Part shown: in pieces, positions 55,742 through 64,000 of the stretch
Layout of the letters: every line of letters begins with the position of its first letter
Position numbering within the stretch: the first letter of the stretch is position 1
Source: Gammaproteobacteria bacterium
GTDB taxonomy: Bacteria > Pseudomonadota > Gammaproteobacteria > Eutrophobiales > Eutrophobiaceae
Direction of reading: 5' to 3'
DNA length: 64,000 nucleotides
Assembly (NCBI GenBank): GCA_965221695.1
Contig: OZ244905.1
Span: forward strand, 1,312,001-1,376,000
The notes under the pieces: generated by a model
Database searches by the model: none
Told to the model about the DNA's origin: nothing
The model's input: the letters and a program-made list of their open reading frames with translations, nothing else
Program-made: the position numbers and the translations under genes

Positions 55742-57117
55742 CCTGAGCGCCTTTTGAAGTCTGATGTTGCCTGGTTGAAAGCGCTGGCAATCATACTGAG
55801 CAGCTCGTCGACATGCTCTTTGCTGAAAACCAGTGGCGGCGAAATGATCAGGTTTGAACCGACATTCCTGATTAGCAAGCCCTCTTTGCGCGTCAGGTCT
55901 TGCAGCAACTGAAGAAAAGGATCGTCTGGCATGAAGGACTCTTTGGATGATTTATCTACTACCAGTTCGATAGCAATCATCAGGCCTTTCCCGCGGATAT
56001 CACCGACAAATCCATAGTCAGATAGCTCATTTTTCAGTTTTGTCAGGCAGTAGCTGCCCACGTTTGCGGCATTTTCCGGCAGGTCTTCATCTTCCACGAT
56101 TTGCAACGCCGCATTGGCGGCAGCACAGGCAACGGGGTGCCCCGAGTAGGTATAGCCGTGCAGGATCGCGGCCAGTGGGTGGTCGGAATCCCAAGCCTTG
56201 CGAACACGCTCGTTCACCACGGTTGCGCCCAGAGGGATATAACCGGAGTTGATGCCTTTGGCCAGGCACATGATGTCGGGTTTGACGCCCCAGCCGCGAC
56301 AACCGAACATACTGCCGCTACGACCGAAACCGGTGACCACTTCATCAGCAATCAGTAATACTCCGTACTTATCACAGACATCCCGGACCAGCGGCCAGTA
56401 GTTGTCAGGCGGCACAATCACGCCACCGGCGCCCTGTACGGGTTCAGCGATAAACGCCGCGACCGTGTGCGGCCCCTGGTGTACGATTTCCCGTTCCAGT
56501 AGGTTGGCGCAGATCTTTCCCAGTTCCTCCGGATCCTCCGTATAGGGATTACGATACAACCAAGGGGTATCGACCTGAAAACAACCGGGCAGTACCGGCT
56601 CGTACATCGAGCGAAGATACATCTGGCCGCCGATGGATGTACCGCCAAAGTGCACCCCATGGTAACCCTGCTTCAGTGAAATAAACTTGGTACGTTGCGC
56701 CTCGCCGGACAGCTTCCAGTATTGCCGAGCCAGCTTCATGGCCGTTTCATTGGCATCCGAACCGCCGGAACCAAAAAACACCCGCTGCATGTCTTCGGGC
56801 GCGAGCATGCGCATCAGCCGTTCCGCCAGTTCGATAACCGGCAGGTTGCTGGTGTCGCCGAAGGTGGTGTAATAGGGAAGCCGCTCCAACTGGGCGTTGA
56901 TGGCTTGTTTCACCTCCTGGCGCCCATGTCCCACGTTTACGCACCACAGACCGCCCTGGGAATCCAGGTAACGCCTGCCCGACGTATCGTAGATATAAAC
57001 CCCCTCTGCGCGCTCGAATACCAGCGGCGCTGCCTGCTCCATCTCGCGCGGCGCGGCCATCGGATGCCAGTGATGGATATTTGTTCGTGTTTCATTCGGT
57101 CCTGTATCGCGTTTCAT
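55738..57117 (-). CDS. class III (omega-amine) aminotransferase
   Basis: GLWCVNVGHG, IADEVVTGFGR, LAKGINSGY, HGYTYSGHP. Confidence 0.92.
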   Translation of the reverse strand: MKRDTGPNETRTNIHHWHPMAAPREMEQAAPLVFERAEGVYIYDTSGRRYLDSQGGLWCVNVGHGRQEVKQAINAQLERLPYYTTFGDTSNLPVIELAERLMRMLAPEDMQRVFFGSGGSDANETAMKLARQYWKLSGEAQRTKFISLKQGYHGVHFGGTSIGGQMYLRSMYEPVLPGCFQVDTPWLYRNPYTEDPEELGKICANLLEREIVHQGPHTVAAFIAEPVQGAGGVIVPPDNYWPLVRDVCDKYGVLLIADEVVTGFGRSGSMFGCRGWGVKPDIMCLAKGINSGYIPLGATVVNERVRKAWDSDHPLAAILHGYTYSGHPVACAAANAALQIVEDEDLPENAANVGSYCLTKLKNELSDYGFVGDIRGKGLMIAIELVVDKSSKESFMPDDPFLQLLQDLTRKEGLLIRNVGSNLIISPPLVFSKEHVDELLSMIASAFNQATSDFKRRSG

Positions 57118-57149
57118 TTTAGATGCCTTTTACTTTTTTGAAAGAGTAC

Positions 57150-57197
57150 TATGGAAGCTCTGAACAAGTCCATCCTGGAGTTGTCAGAGTTTTCCTA
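57150..57197 (+). mobile_element. F1 element, left hairpin only (48 bp)
   Basis: TATGGAAGCTCTGAACAAGTCCATCCTGGAGTTGTCAGAGTTTTCCTA. Confidence 0.8.
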
Positions 57198-57201
57198 GAG
57201 T

Positions 57202-58809
57202 TTAATCCGTGCCGATTTGCACGGCATTGCGCGCGGCCGCCTTCAACCTGCGTTTGTCGGGCTTATTATTTGCCAGCGCCGGCAATCCATCTTTGATGAT
57301 GATGTATTTCGGCAGCTTGTAATTGGCGAGCCGGTCGCGGCAATGCTCAATCAGGGCTTGGCTGTCAGGGGATTGACCGGGCGTCGGGGTGACAAATGCA
57401 TAGCCGACTTCGCCGTAGCATGGGTCAGGCACGCCTACTACGCAGGCAAGACTAACGGCCGAGTGCGCTTCGAGCGCCTGTTCGATTTCCCTGGGATAGA
57501 TGTTGTAACCGCCGGACTTGTACATGTCGGACAAACGCCCGACCAGCACGATATTGCCGTCGTCCCGTTCCAGCGCCACGTCTTTGGTGCGCAACCAACC
57601 GTCCTCGTCAATCGTCTCCCGGGTCGCCTCCGGCAAGCGCCAGTACCCTTTCATGATGAACGGGCCGCGTACCTGAATCTCGCCATGCTCACCTTTTGCT
57701 ACCGGCTTGCCGGTTTCGTCAGCCAGGCGGAACTCGCAATCCGCTACCGGCATGCCGACAGTCTCCGTCAGCAGATCAACATCGTCGGTGGCGGCAATGG
57801 CGGTAACAACCCCCGCCGCTTCAGTCAGCGCATACATGGAGGTGATGGCAGGGCAGACTTCCCGCACAATGCGCGCCAGCAGGGCTTTCGAGATCGTGCC
57901 GCCGCTGTAGGAAACCTGGCTGATCGAGGATAAATCCGCGCCGGGAAAATCGGGGTGATCCAGCGCCTGTTGCAGCATGACGGGGACCCCTCCCCAAGCG
58001 CTGATGCGTTTTTCCTCGATCAGCTTCAGCGCCGCGGCGGGATCAAATTTTTCCATGAAATAACTCGTGCCACCGAATACCAGTCCATAAACGGCGCCGG
58101 CGATCACCCCGGCAATGTGGTTGATAGGATATGGGTTCAGTTGACGCAACTCGCCGTCCGGACGCAATGATCCCTGCACCTGGCAATGACGGATGGCGCC
58201 GTAATGGTGCAACAGCGCGCCCTTCGGTCTGCCGGTGGTACCGGAGGTATATACAAGCAAGACAGCATCGTCGCTGCCAACATTTTTCTGTGCCTGCGCC
58301 AGCATCTTGGCGCCGATTTCCGTCCGGCGCGCCAGAAAATTCCGGTAGGAAACAGCGCCGGGCAGCCCTGCGTCCTCATCCAGCGTGACAACATGCTTCA
58401 CACTGTCAATGTTGCCCTGAAAATAGCGCAAATCCTCCCGGTAGTCGCGAGAGCCGATACACGTCCTGGCAAAGATGACGCAAGGTTCGGAATCCGCGAT
58501 AACATGCTCCAGTTCAGCCCGGCTGTAGCGCGCATTGAGTCCCACCCAGATCCCGCCGATGGCGCTGGTCGCCAGAAAAATAATGAAGTAATCGGGGTGC
58601 GGTGGGGTCAGGGTCGCAACCCGGTCGCCTTTGCCGACGCCCAACGCGAGCAGTCCCCTGGCGCAAGCCTCCACTTGCGATAACAGTTCCCGGTAGGAAT
58701 AGCCGGCGTTCCCATTGCTTACGGCCAGCTTGTCCGCCTTGCTGCCAACGTGCCGGTACAGGTAATCAAAGATGCGTTTGTCACGAAATTCCCTGGTATC
58801 AAGTTTCAT
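57202..58809 (-). CDS. AMP-dependent CoA ligase
   Basis: YTSGTTGRPKG, YALTE, KSGGYNIYPREIE. Confidence 0.9.
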   Translation of the reverse strand: MKLDTREFRDKRIFDYLYRHVGSKADKLAVSNGNAGYSYRELLSQVEACARGLLALGVGKGDRVATLTPPHPDYFIIFLATSAIGGIWVGLNARYSRAELEHVIADSEPCVIFARTCIGSRDYREDLRYFQGNIDSVKHVVTLDEDAGLPGAVSYRNFLARRTEIGAKMLAQAQKNVGSDDAVLLVYTSGTTGRPKGALLHHYGAIRHCQVQGSLRPDGELRQLNPYPINHIAGVIAGAVYGLVFGGTSYFMEKFDPAAALKLIEEKRISAWGGVPVMLQQALDHPDFPGADLSSISQVSYSGGTISKALLARIVREVCPAITSMYALTEAAGVVTAIAATDDVDLLTETVGMPVADCEFRLADETGKPVAKGEHGEIQVRGPFIMKGYWRLPEATRETIDEDGWLRTKDVALERDDGNIVLVGRLSDMYKSGGYNIYPREIEQALEAHSAVSLACVVGVPDPCYGEVGYAFVTPTPGQSPDSQALIEHCRDRLANYKLPKYIIIKDGLPALANNKPDKRRLKAAARNAVQIGTD

Positions 58810-58882
58810 CAGAATGCTCTAACGTGCGCGCACCCGGCCGGCGATGTCTTTTGCCTTGCCGAGTAGTTCGGACATGTGGGTA

Positions 58883-59542
58883 TCACTGAAGTAACCGCAA
58901 CTCTTCGCGACAGGCCGCACGCGTGGCCCGCATTGCCTCCTGCGGCAGGGAGAGGATATGCTCGCACCACTTCGTGGCCGCATCAAGGGCGCCCCCGGAC
59001 GCCGCCAGATCATCGACCAGGCCGACCCGGTGCGCGTGTTTCGGGTCGAGCAGGCATCCCTCAACACACAGCCGTTGGGCCCACTGTGCGCCGGTAAGCC
59101 TGGCCAGGACGCGGTATACCTGGTTTGACAACGGTAGCCCGTGGCTGACCTCCGGCAGACCGATCTTGTAAGCGCCCTGCTCCATCACCCGGTAGTCACA
59201 CAGCGCCGCGAGCGCCGCGCCGATGCCCAAACAGTGTCCGGTGATGGCCGCCGCCATGGGCGCCGGACAAGCGGCAGCCGCGGCAAGCAGGGCACGCAAA
59301 CGCGCCAGTATCTCAGTCATCTTCTCCGGTTTGGCCGCGCCCAGTTCCCCGGTATCCAGCCCGGCGCAGAAAAAACCGGGCGTCCCGCACAGGATAATGA
59401 CCTGCCCATCGACGGCGCCGGCCTGGACTATCTCCTCGGTCAATGTTTCCAGCAACGCCGAGTCCAGGGCATTGGCCGGTGGCCGCTCCAGCCTGATCAG
59501 GCAGACTCGGTTGTTCTGTTCAACGGATAACATACAGCTCAT
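58883..59542 (-). CDS. enoyl-CoA hydratase/isomerase family protein
   Basis: PPANAL, FCAGLD, GHCLGIG, IGLPEV. Confidence 0.88.
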   Translation of the reverse strand: MSCMLSVEQNNRVCLIRLERPPANALDSALLETLTEEIVQAGAVDGQVIILCGTPGFFCAGLDTGELGAAKPEKMTEILARLRALLAAAAACPAPMAAAITGHCLGIGAALAALCDYRVMEQGAYKIGLPEVSHGLPLSNQVYRVLARLTGAQWAQRLCVEGCLLDPKHAHRVGLVDDLAASGGALDAATKWCEHILSLPQEAMRATRAACREELRLLQ

Positions 59543-59712
59543 GTTGTGTCATTACAACACCTGTAATATTTTCTTGACAGGTATATACTGGCATGGTAAA
59601 AAACCATATTCGTAGTTGGACGTATAACGTTCATTCGTGCGTATTGCGTACTTTAGATCAGTGTAATTTACCCGGCGCAGTATTTCAAGCGCTATTTTTG
59701 CGGAGATGGATA

Positions 59713-61998
59713 ATGATCAATTTCTCATTGAATACAGCAACAAATATCAGGTTCATTGCCGGCCTGCTGTTGTGCGCTTGCGTGATTGTCTTGCCGGCTC
59801 ATGCGCAGCTCATGCTGGAAGAAGTCGTGGTGACGGCGCAGAAGCGGGAACAGAGCCTGCAGGATGTGGGCATTTCCGTGACAGCTTTCAGCGGAAACCA
59901 GATTCGCGAGTTGGGATACACGAACACCATCGATATCGCCGCGCAGACGCCCGGGCTCGGCATTATCCAGTATCACCCGACTCTGACAACGACCAATATT
60001 CGCGGCATCTCCCAAAACGATTTTGGCGATCACTTAGAGCCTCCCATAGCGATGTATGTCGATGAGGCTTATGTCAGCGCGATGGGCGCCGGTCATGTGC
60101 AACTGTTTGACCTGCAAAGGGTGGAAATATTGCGGGGGCCGCAGGGAACGCTGTTTGGCCGCAACGCAACCGGCGGTTTGCTGCACTATATCAGCGCCAG
60201 GCCGACCGAGGCTCCCGAAGGCTATCTTGAATTCACTTACGGTTCCTATAATCAAAAGAAGTTTGAAGGAGCCATCAGCGGCTCCTTGACGGACAATCTC
60301 CTGGCGCGGGTGTCATTCGCCGGCAATTTTCACGATGGCGTCGGCGAAAACCGGATTGGACCGGATGTGCGCGGCAGCGACCACTACGCGTTGCGCGGCC
60401 AACTGGAATTCCGCCCCGCCGAAAACGTTACACTGAATCTGAAAGCGCATTATTCGAATGATGACGACGAGCATGGCAATGCTTACACGCATGCGCCCAT
60501 CTCGGCAGATGAAGACGGCCTTGGTTATGCAATCAGCCCGGATTCGCTGGTAAACGAGTTCTGCCCGGGGTGTGACTTTTTCGGTTATCGCGACCCTGAT
60601 GGCGACCCCTTCACCGGCTCTTATGATTATATCGGAGAATTTCGCCGGTCGATTGCCGGCATAACCGGCAAGTTGACCTGGGATGCCGGCGCAATAACCG
60701 TTACGTCAATAACCGATTACCTGCAGATGAATAAAAACTACGGCGAAGATACGGACGGTTCGCCCAATCCTGTTTTCGTGTTTATAACCGACCAGGATTT
60801 TGAACAGTTCTCGCAGGAACTGAGACTCAACGGCGATGTGGGTGAGAACCTGCGCTGGACGACAGGGTTTTATTACCTGGATATCGACCATGCGGGCAAC
60901 CTGAATTACTTTCTGGACCTTCCGTTCTTCTCGCCGACTTATTCCTTCGGCGAACCCACATCGTATATTGAAGGACCAACGACCAATAATGTAGACACTG
61001 AGTCCTGGGCCATCTTCGGCCACCTGGAGTATGATTTTAACGAGAACTGGGGAGTGATTGCCGCGTTGCGTTACACCGAAGACGACAGGAATACGGTGTT
61101 CGAATCGGCGGACATCCTGGGCGGAAACGTGACCGGTCTCGGTTTCACGCTCACTATTCCGTTTGATCTCAGAGACGACCCGAATTATGACCTGTTTGAC
61201 CAGAGTTTCGAGAACGTATCCGCCAAGTTCGAAATAGACTGGCGCCCGACTGACGACACCCTGGTATTTGCCAGCTTCAACCGCGGTCATAAGGCCGGGG
61301 GATCGCGAGTGATGGCGGGTGGAAATCCCACCACTCCGATACCAACATTCCCTCACGATGAAGAAGTACTGCATAGTTGGGAGGTGGGTATCAAGACTAC
61401 CTTTATGAATGGACGGGCGCAATTGAATGCCAGTGCGTTCTATTACGATTATAAGGACTACCAGGCTTTCGTTATAATTCCGGACGTGATACCGGCCTCC
61501 CTGACCATCATTAACCTGGATGCAGAAGCAGTCGGCGGTGAAGTTGAACTGACGCTGGCGCCTACCGACCGCCTGAGTTTCCGTTTGGGCGCGGCATTCA
61601 TCGACAGTGAGGTCAAGGATGTTCTGCTACCGAGCGGTCGCCTGGTTGATAATGACCTGCCATACGCACCGGATATCAGTTTAAATGGGCTGGCCCGCTA
61701 TGAATGGCCCGCTTTCGGCGGTTCCCTGGCGATCCAGGGTGATTTCAACTATTCTGACAATTTCTGTTTCAGCGTGCTGTGCGCGCCCATCGACCAGGAA
61801 GATTCCTTTGTAATCGGAAATTTCCGGGTCAGTTACACCAGCGGTGACGAACGCTGGCGACTGGCTGCATTTGTCAATAACATAAGCGATACCGAATACC
61901 GCCTGTATACGCTGGATATCAGTAGTTTGTCCTTCGCCACGGATGCCTATGCTCACCCGCGTTGGGCCGGCGGCACGATTACCTTTAACTGGAAATAA
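59713..61998 (+). CDS. TonB-dependent receptor
   Basis: EEVVVTAQKRE, RVEILRGPQGTLFGRN; ATG 59713 after GGAG. Confidence 0.92.
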   Translation: MINFSLNTATNIRFIAGLLLCACVIVLPAHAQLMLEEVVVTAQKREQSLQDVGISVTAFSGNQIRELGYTNTIDIAAQTPGLGIIQYHPTLTTTNIRGISQNDFGDHLEPPIAMYVDEAYVSAMGAGHVQLFDLQRVEILRGPQGTLFGRNATGGLLHYISARPTEAPEGYLEFTYGSYNQKKFEGAISGSLTDNLLARVSFAGNFHDGVGENRIGPDVRGSDHYALRGQLEFRPAENVTLNLKAHYSNDDDEHGNAYTHAPISADEDGLGYAISPDSLVNEFCPGCDFFGYRDPDGDPFTGSYDYIGEFRRSIAGITGKLTWDAGAITVTSITDYLQMNKNYGEDTDGSPNPVFVFITDQDFEQFSQELRLNGDVGENLRWTTGFYYLDIDHAGNLNYFLDLPFFSPTYSFGEPTSYIEGPTTNNVDTESWAIFGHLEYDFNENWGVIAALRYTEDDRNTVFESADILGGNVTGLGFTLTIPFDLRDDPNYDLFDQSFENVSAKFEIDWRPTDDTLVFASFNRGHKAGGSRVMAGGNPTTPIPTFPHDEEVLHSWEVGIKTTFMNGRAQLNASAFYYDYKDYQAFVIIPDVIPASLTIINLDAEAVGGEVELTLAPTDRLSFRLGAAFIDSEVKDVLLPSGRLVDNDLPYAPDISLNGLARYEWPAFGGSLAIQGDFNYSDNFCFSVLCAPIDQEDSFVIGNFRVSYTSGDERWRLAAFVNNISDTEYRLYTLDISSLSFATDAYAHPRWAGGTITFNWK

Positions 61999-62026
61999 AT
62001 CAGAAGGGCAATCCCGGAATTTGCCA

Positions 62027-63637
62027 ATGGCCCTAAACGCAGCCTATGACGCCGTTATCATCGGCGCCGGCCACAACGGATTGACCTGTGCCAACTACCT
62101 GGCCCGTAAAGGACTGAAGGTGAAGGTGGTTGAACGCCGCCATGTGGTCGGTGGCGCAGTGGTCACGGAAGAGTTCCATCCGGGTTACCGGAATTCAACC
62201 TGTTCCTATGCGGTGAGCCTGCTCAATCCAAAAGTTATCCGTGATCTCGAACTGCATAAATTCGGGCTCGAAATAAAGGACAGGGAATTTACCGCCCTGG
62301 TGCTGGGCGCTGACGACACCTACCTGTTCACCGACACCGACAGCGAAAGCGACCAGGACGATTTTCTTGCGCAGTTGCGCCACGGCTGTCCGGGAGACGA
62401 TGCAGCCTATCCCGACTATGACGCAGTGATCCAACAGGTTGCCGACGTATTACGGGACATGGCGCTGGAGACACCACCGAATATCGGTGGCGGATTGACG
62501 GACTTGTGGCGCGCCGGAAAACTGGCGAACAGGATGCGGCGTTTGCAGCCCGCGCTGCAACGGGAAACGATCAAGCTGTTTACCATGAGCGTAGCGGATT
62601 ACCTGAAACAGTGGTTCGGCGGGGACTTGATACTGGCGCTGGAGAGTTATATCGCGATGGTGGGCAACATGCAATCGGTCTACTCCGGCGGTTCGGCCTA
62701 TGTGCTGCTGCACCACATGTTCGGCGAGGTAAACGGGATGAAAGGGCGCTGGGGGCATGTCACGGGCGGGATGGGCGGCATCACCCAGGCCATGGCGAGG
62801 TCTGCCGAAGCGCAGGGTGTAGAAATTGAGGTCAACGCGCCGGCGCAGGAAGTGATCGTGAAAAATAAGCGCGCGGTTGGCGTCAGGTTGGAAGACGGAC
62901 GGGAGATACATGCAAAAGTCGTCGCGGCAAATGTCAATCCGAAGTTGCTGTTCCAGAGACTGGTGAATCAAGCACATCTGGAGTCGGATTTCAAACGCCA
63001 GATGGATAATTATCGCTGTGTCAGCGGCACATTCCGCATGAACGTGGCGCTCAGCGAGCTGCCGCGCTTCCGTTGCCTTGATGGGAAACCGAATTACGAG
63101 CGTTACCTGCAGGGAAGCGTATTCGTCACCAACTCAATGGAATACAACGAGCGCGCCTATCTAGACGCCATCAACCTGGGCTGGTCAGAAGAACCCATTG
63201 TCCACATGATGGTTCCCTCGGTCTACGACCACACCCTGGCGCCGGAAGGCAAACATGTGGCCAGCCTGTTTTGCCAGCATTTCAACCCGCAACTGCCCGA
63301 CGGCAAATCCTGGGACGATGTCAGGGAACAGGTCGCAGATTTAATCATCGATACCGTTAATGACTACGCGCCCAATTTCAAGGATGCGGTAGTGGGTCGT
63401 CTGGCGCTCAGCCCATTGGACCTGGAACGGGAATTCGGGCTGATCGGCGGCGATATATTCCACGGCTGTATCCAGCCGGACCAACTCTTTTCACTCAGGC
63501 CCGTAGCCGGGCATGCCGATTATCGGATGCCGGTCAAAGGCCTTTACCTGTGCGGCTCCGGCGCCCACCCCGGCGGCGGAGTAACCGGCTGCCCGGGGCA
63601 TAACGCCGCGCGGGAGATCCTGAAGGATATCCGGTAG
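62027..63637 (+). CDS. phytoene dehydrogenase-like FAD oxidoreductase (PYROXD2-like)
   Basis: IIGAGHNGL, GGMGGIT, GGDIFHG, LYLCGSGAHPGGGVTG; ATG 62027. Confidence 0.9.
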   Translation: MALNAAYDAVIIGAGHNGLTCANYLARKGLKVKVVERRHVVGGAVVTEEFHPGYRNSTCSYAVSLLNPKVIRDLELHKFGLEIKDREFTALVLGADDTYLFTDTDSESDQDDFLAQLRHGCPGDDAAYPDYDAVIQQVADVLRDMALETPPNIGGGLTDLWRAGKLANRMRRLQPALQRETIKLFTMSVADYLKQWFGGDLILALESYIAMVGNMQSVYSGGSAYVLLHHMFGEVNGMKGRWGHVTGGMGGITQAMARSAEAQGVEIEVNAPAQEVIVKNKRAVGVRLEDGREIHAKVVAANVNPKLLFQRLVNQAHLESDFKRQMDNYRCVSGTFRMNVALSELPRFRCLDGKPNYERYLQGSVFVTNSMEYNERAYLDAINLGWSEEPIVHMMVPSVYDHTLAPEGKHVASLFCQHFNPQLPDGKSWDDVREQVADLIIDTVNDYAPNFKDAVVGRLALSPLDLEREFGLIGGDIFHGCIQPDQLFSLRPVAGHADYRMPVKGLYLCGSGAHPGGGVTGCPGHNAAREILKDIR

Positions 63638-63669
63638 TTCACGAGAAACTCAACGATATAAACAGATTG

Positions 63670-63703
63670 AAGGAAACTCTGAGACCTAATCAGAGTTTCC
63701 TTA
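63670..63703. repeat. F1 minimal hairpin with perfect 13-bp arms
   Basis: AAGGAAACTCTGA-GACCTAA-TCAGAGTTTCCTT. Confidence 0.8.
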
Positions 63704-63732
63704 ATTCTATTTCCAATCTGCGCAAGTTCCTC

Positions 63733-64000
63733 TCAAGCAACGTCAAGTTTTTCGAAATCGTCTAGGTTGATATTCTGCCGCGCTTTCCACAAATCGAAAT
63801 TGTCCTGCATTGCCAGCCAGCTTTCCGGAGACCTGCCAATGACTTTGGATAACTTGAGCGCCATGGTTGGTGTGATGCTGCCCTTGGCGTTGAGAATCCG
63901 GCTAATCACGGATTCACTGACCCGTAACCTCTCTGCCAGTTGTTTCGCGCCGATGTCAAAGGGTTCCAGGTAAACCCGCCTGATAAAAGCGCCCGGATGC
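63733..64000 (-). CDS. higA: HigA antitoxin, 5' end outside the window
   Basis: Minus strand reads HPGAFIRRVYLEP...ITPTMALKLSKVIGRSPESWLAMQDNFDLW; not in the ORF track because it has no start codon here. Confidence 0.9.
   Translation of the reverse strand, partial: HPGAFIRRVYLEPFDIGAKQLAERLRVSESVISRILNAKGSITPTMALKLSKVIGRSPESWLAMQDNFDLWKARQNINLDDFEKLDVA

Noticed and set aside
62027-63637. Carotenoid biosynthesis (crtI)
   Set aside because: No crtB, crtE or crtY nearby; motifs fit the PYROXD2-like subfamily in a catabolic context
4926-63703. F1 or F3 as a CRISPR array or integron attC sites
   Set aside because: Copies are dispersed and variable in length, with no regular spacers, no RYYYAAC/GTTRRRY boxes, and no cas or intI gene

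Overview
64 kb of a bacterial chromosome, most consistent with a gammaproteobacterium (tsaC-purE-topA-dprA / def-fmt-rsmB core block at 44.6-52.4 kb). The rest is accessory: five related TonB-dependent receptors, each beside small-molecule catabolic genes (hydantoinase + DUF917 + MOSC reductase + NCS1 permease under a MalT-like regulator; ipdC; hppD; an opine-dehydrogenase-like gene + 3-hydroxyacyl-CoA dehydrogenase; GMC and BBE-like oxidases; a Tat-exported nucleoside hydrolase; an aminotransferase/CoA-ligase cluster), plus toxin-antitoxin loci (VapBC, ParDE, HigA) and gene remnants. The most striking unexplained signal is non-coding: at least four families of palindromic, transposase-less repeats. 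Family F1 (ends TA(A/G)GGAANCTCTGA) has 11 copies or fragments built from modular hairpins, shows compensatory base changes, and brackets single genes. Family F2 (ends TA(A/G)CCCGAATATCTCACCAATT) twice fills the whole gap between a stop codon and the next ATG. No rRNA, tRNA, CRISPR array, integrase or transposase was seen. All product calls come from motif recognition by eye, not database searches.
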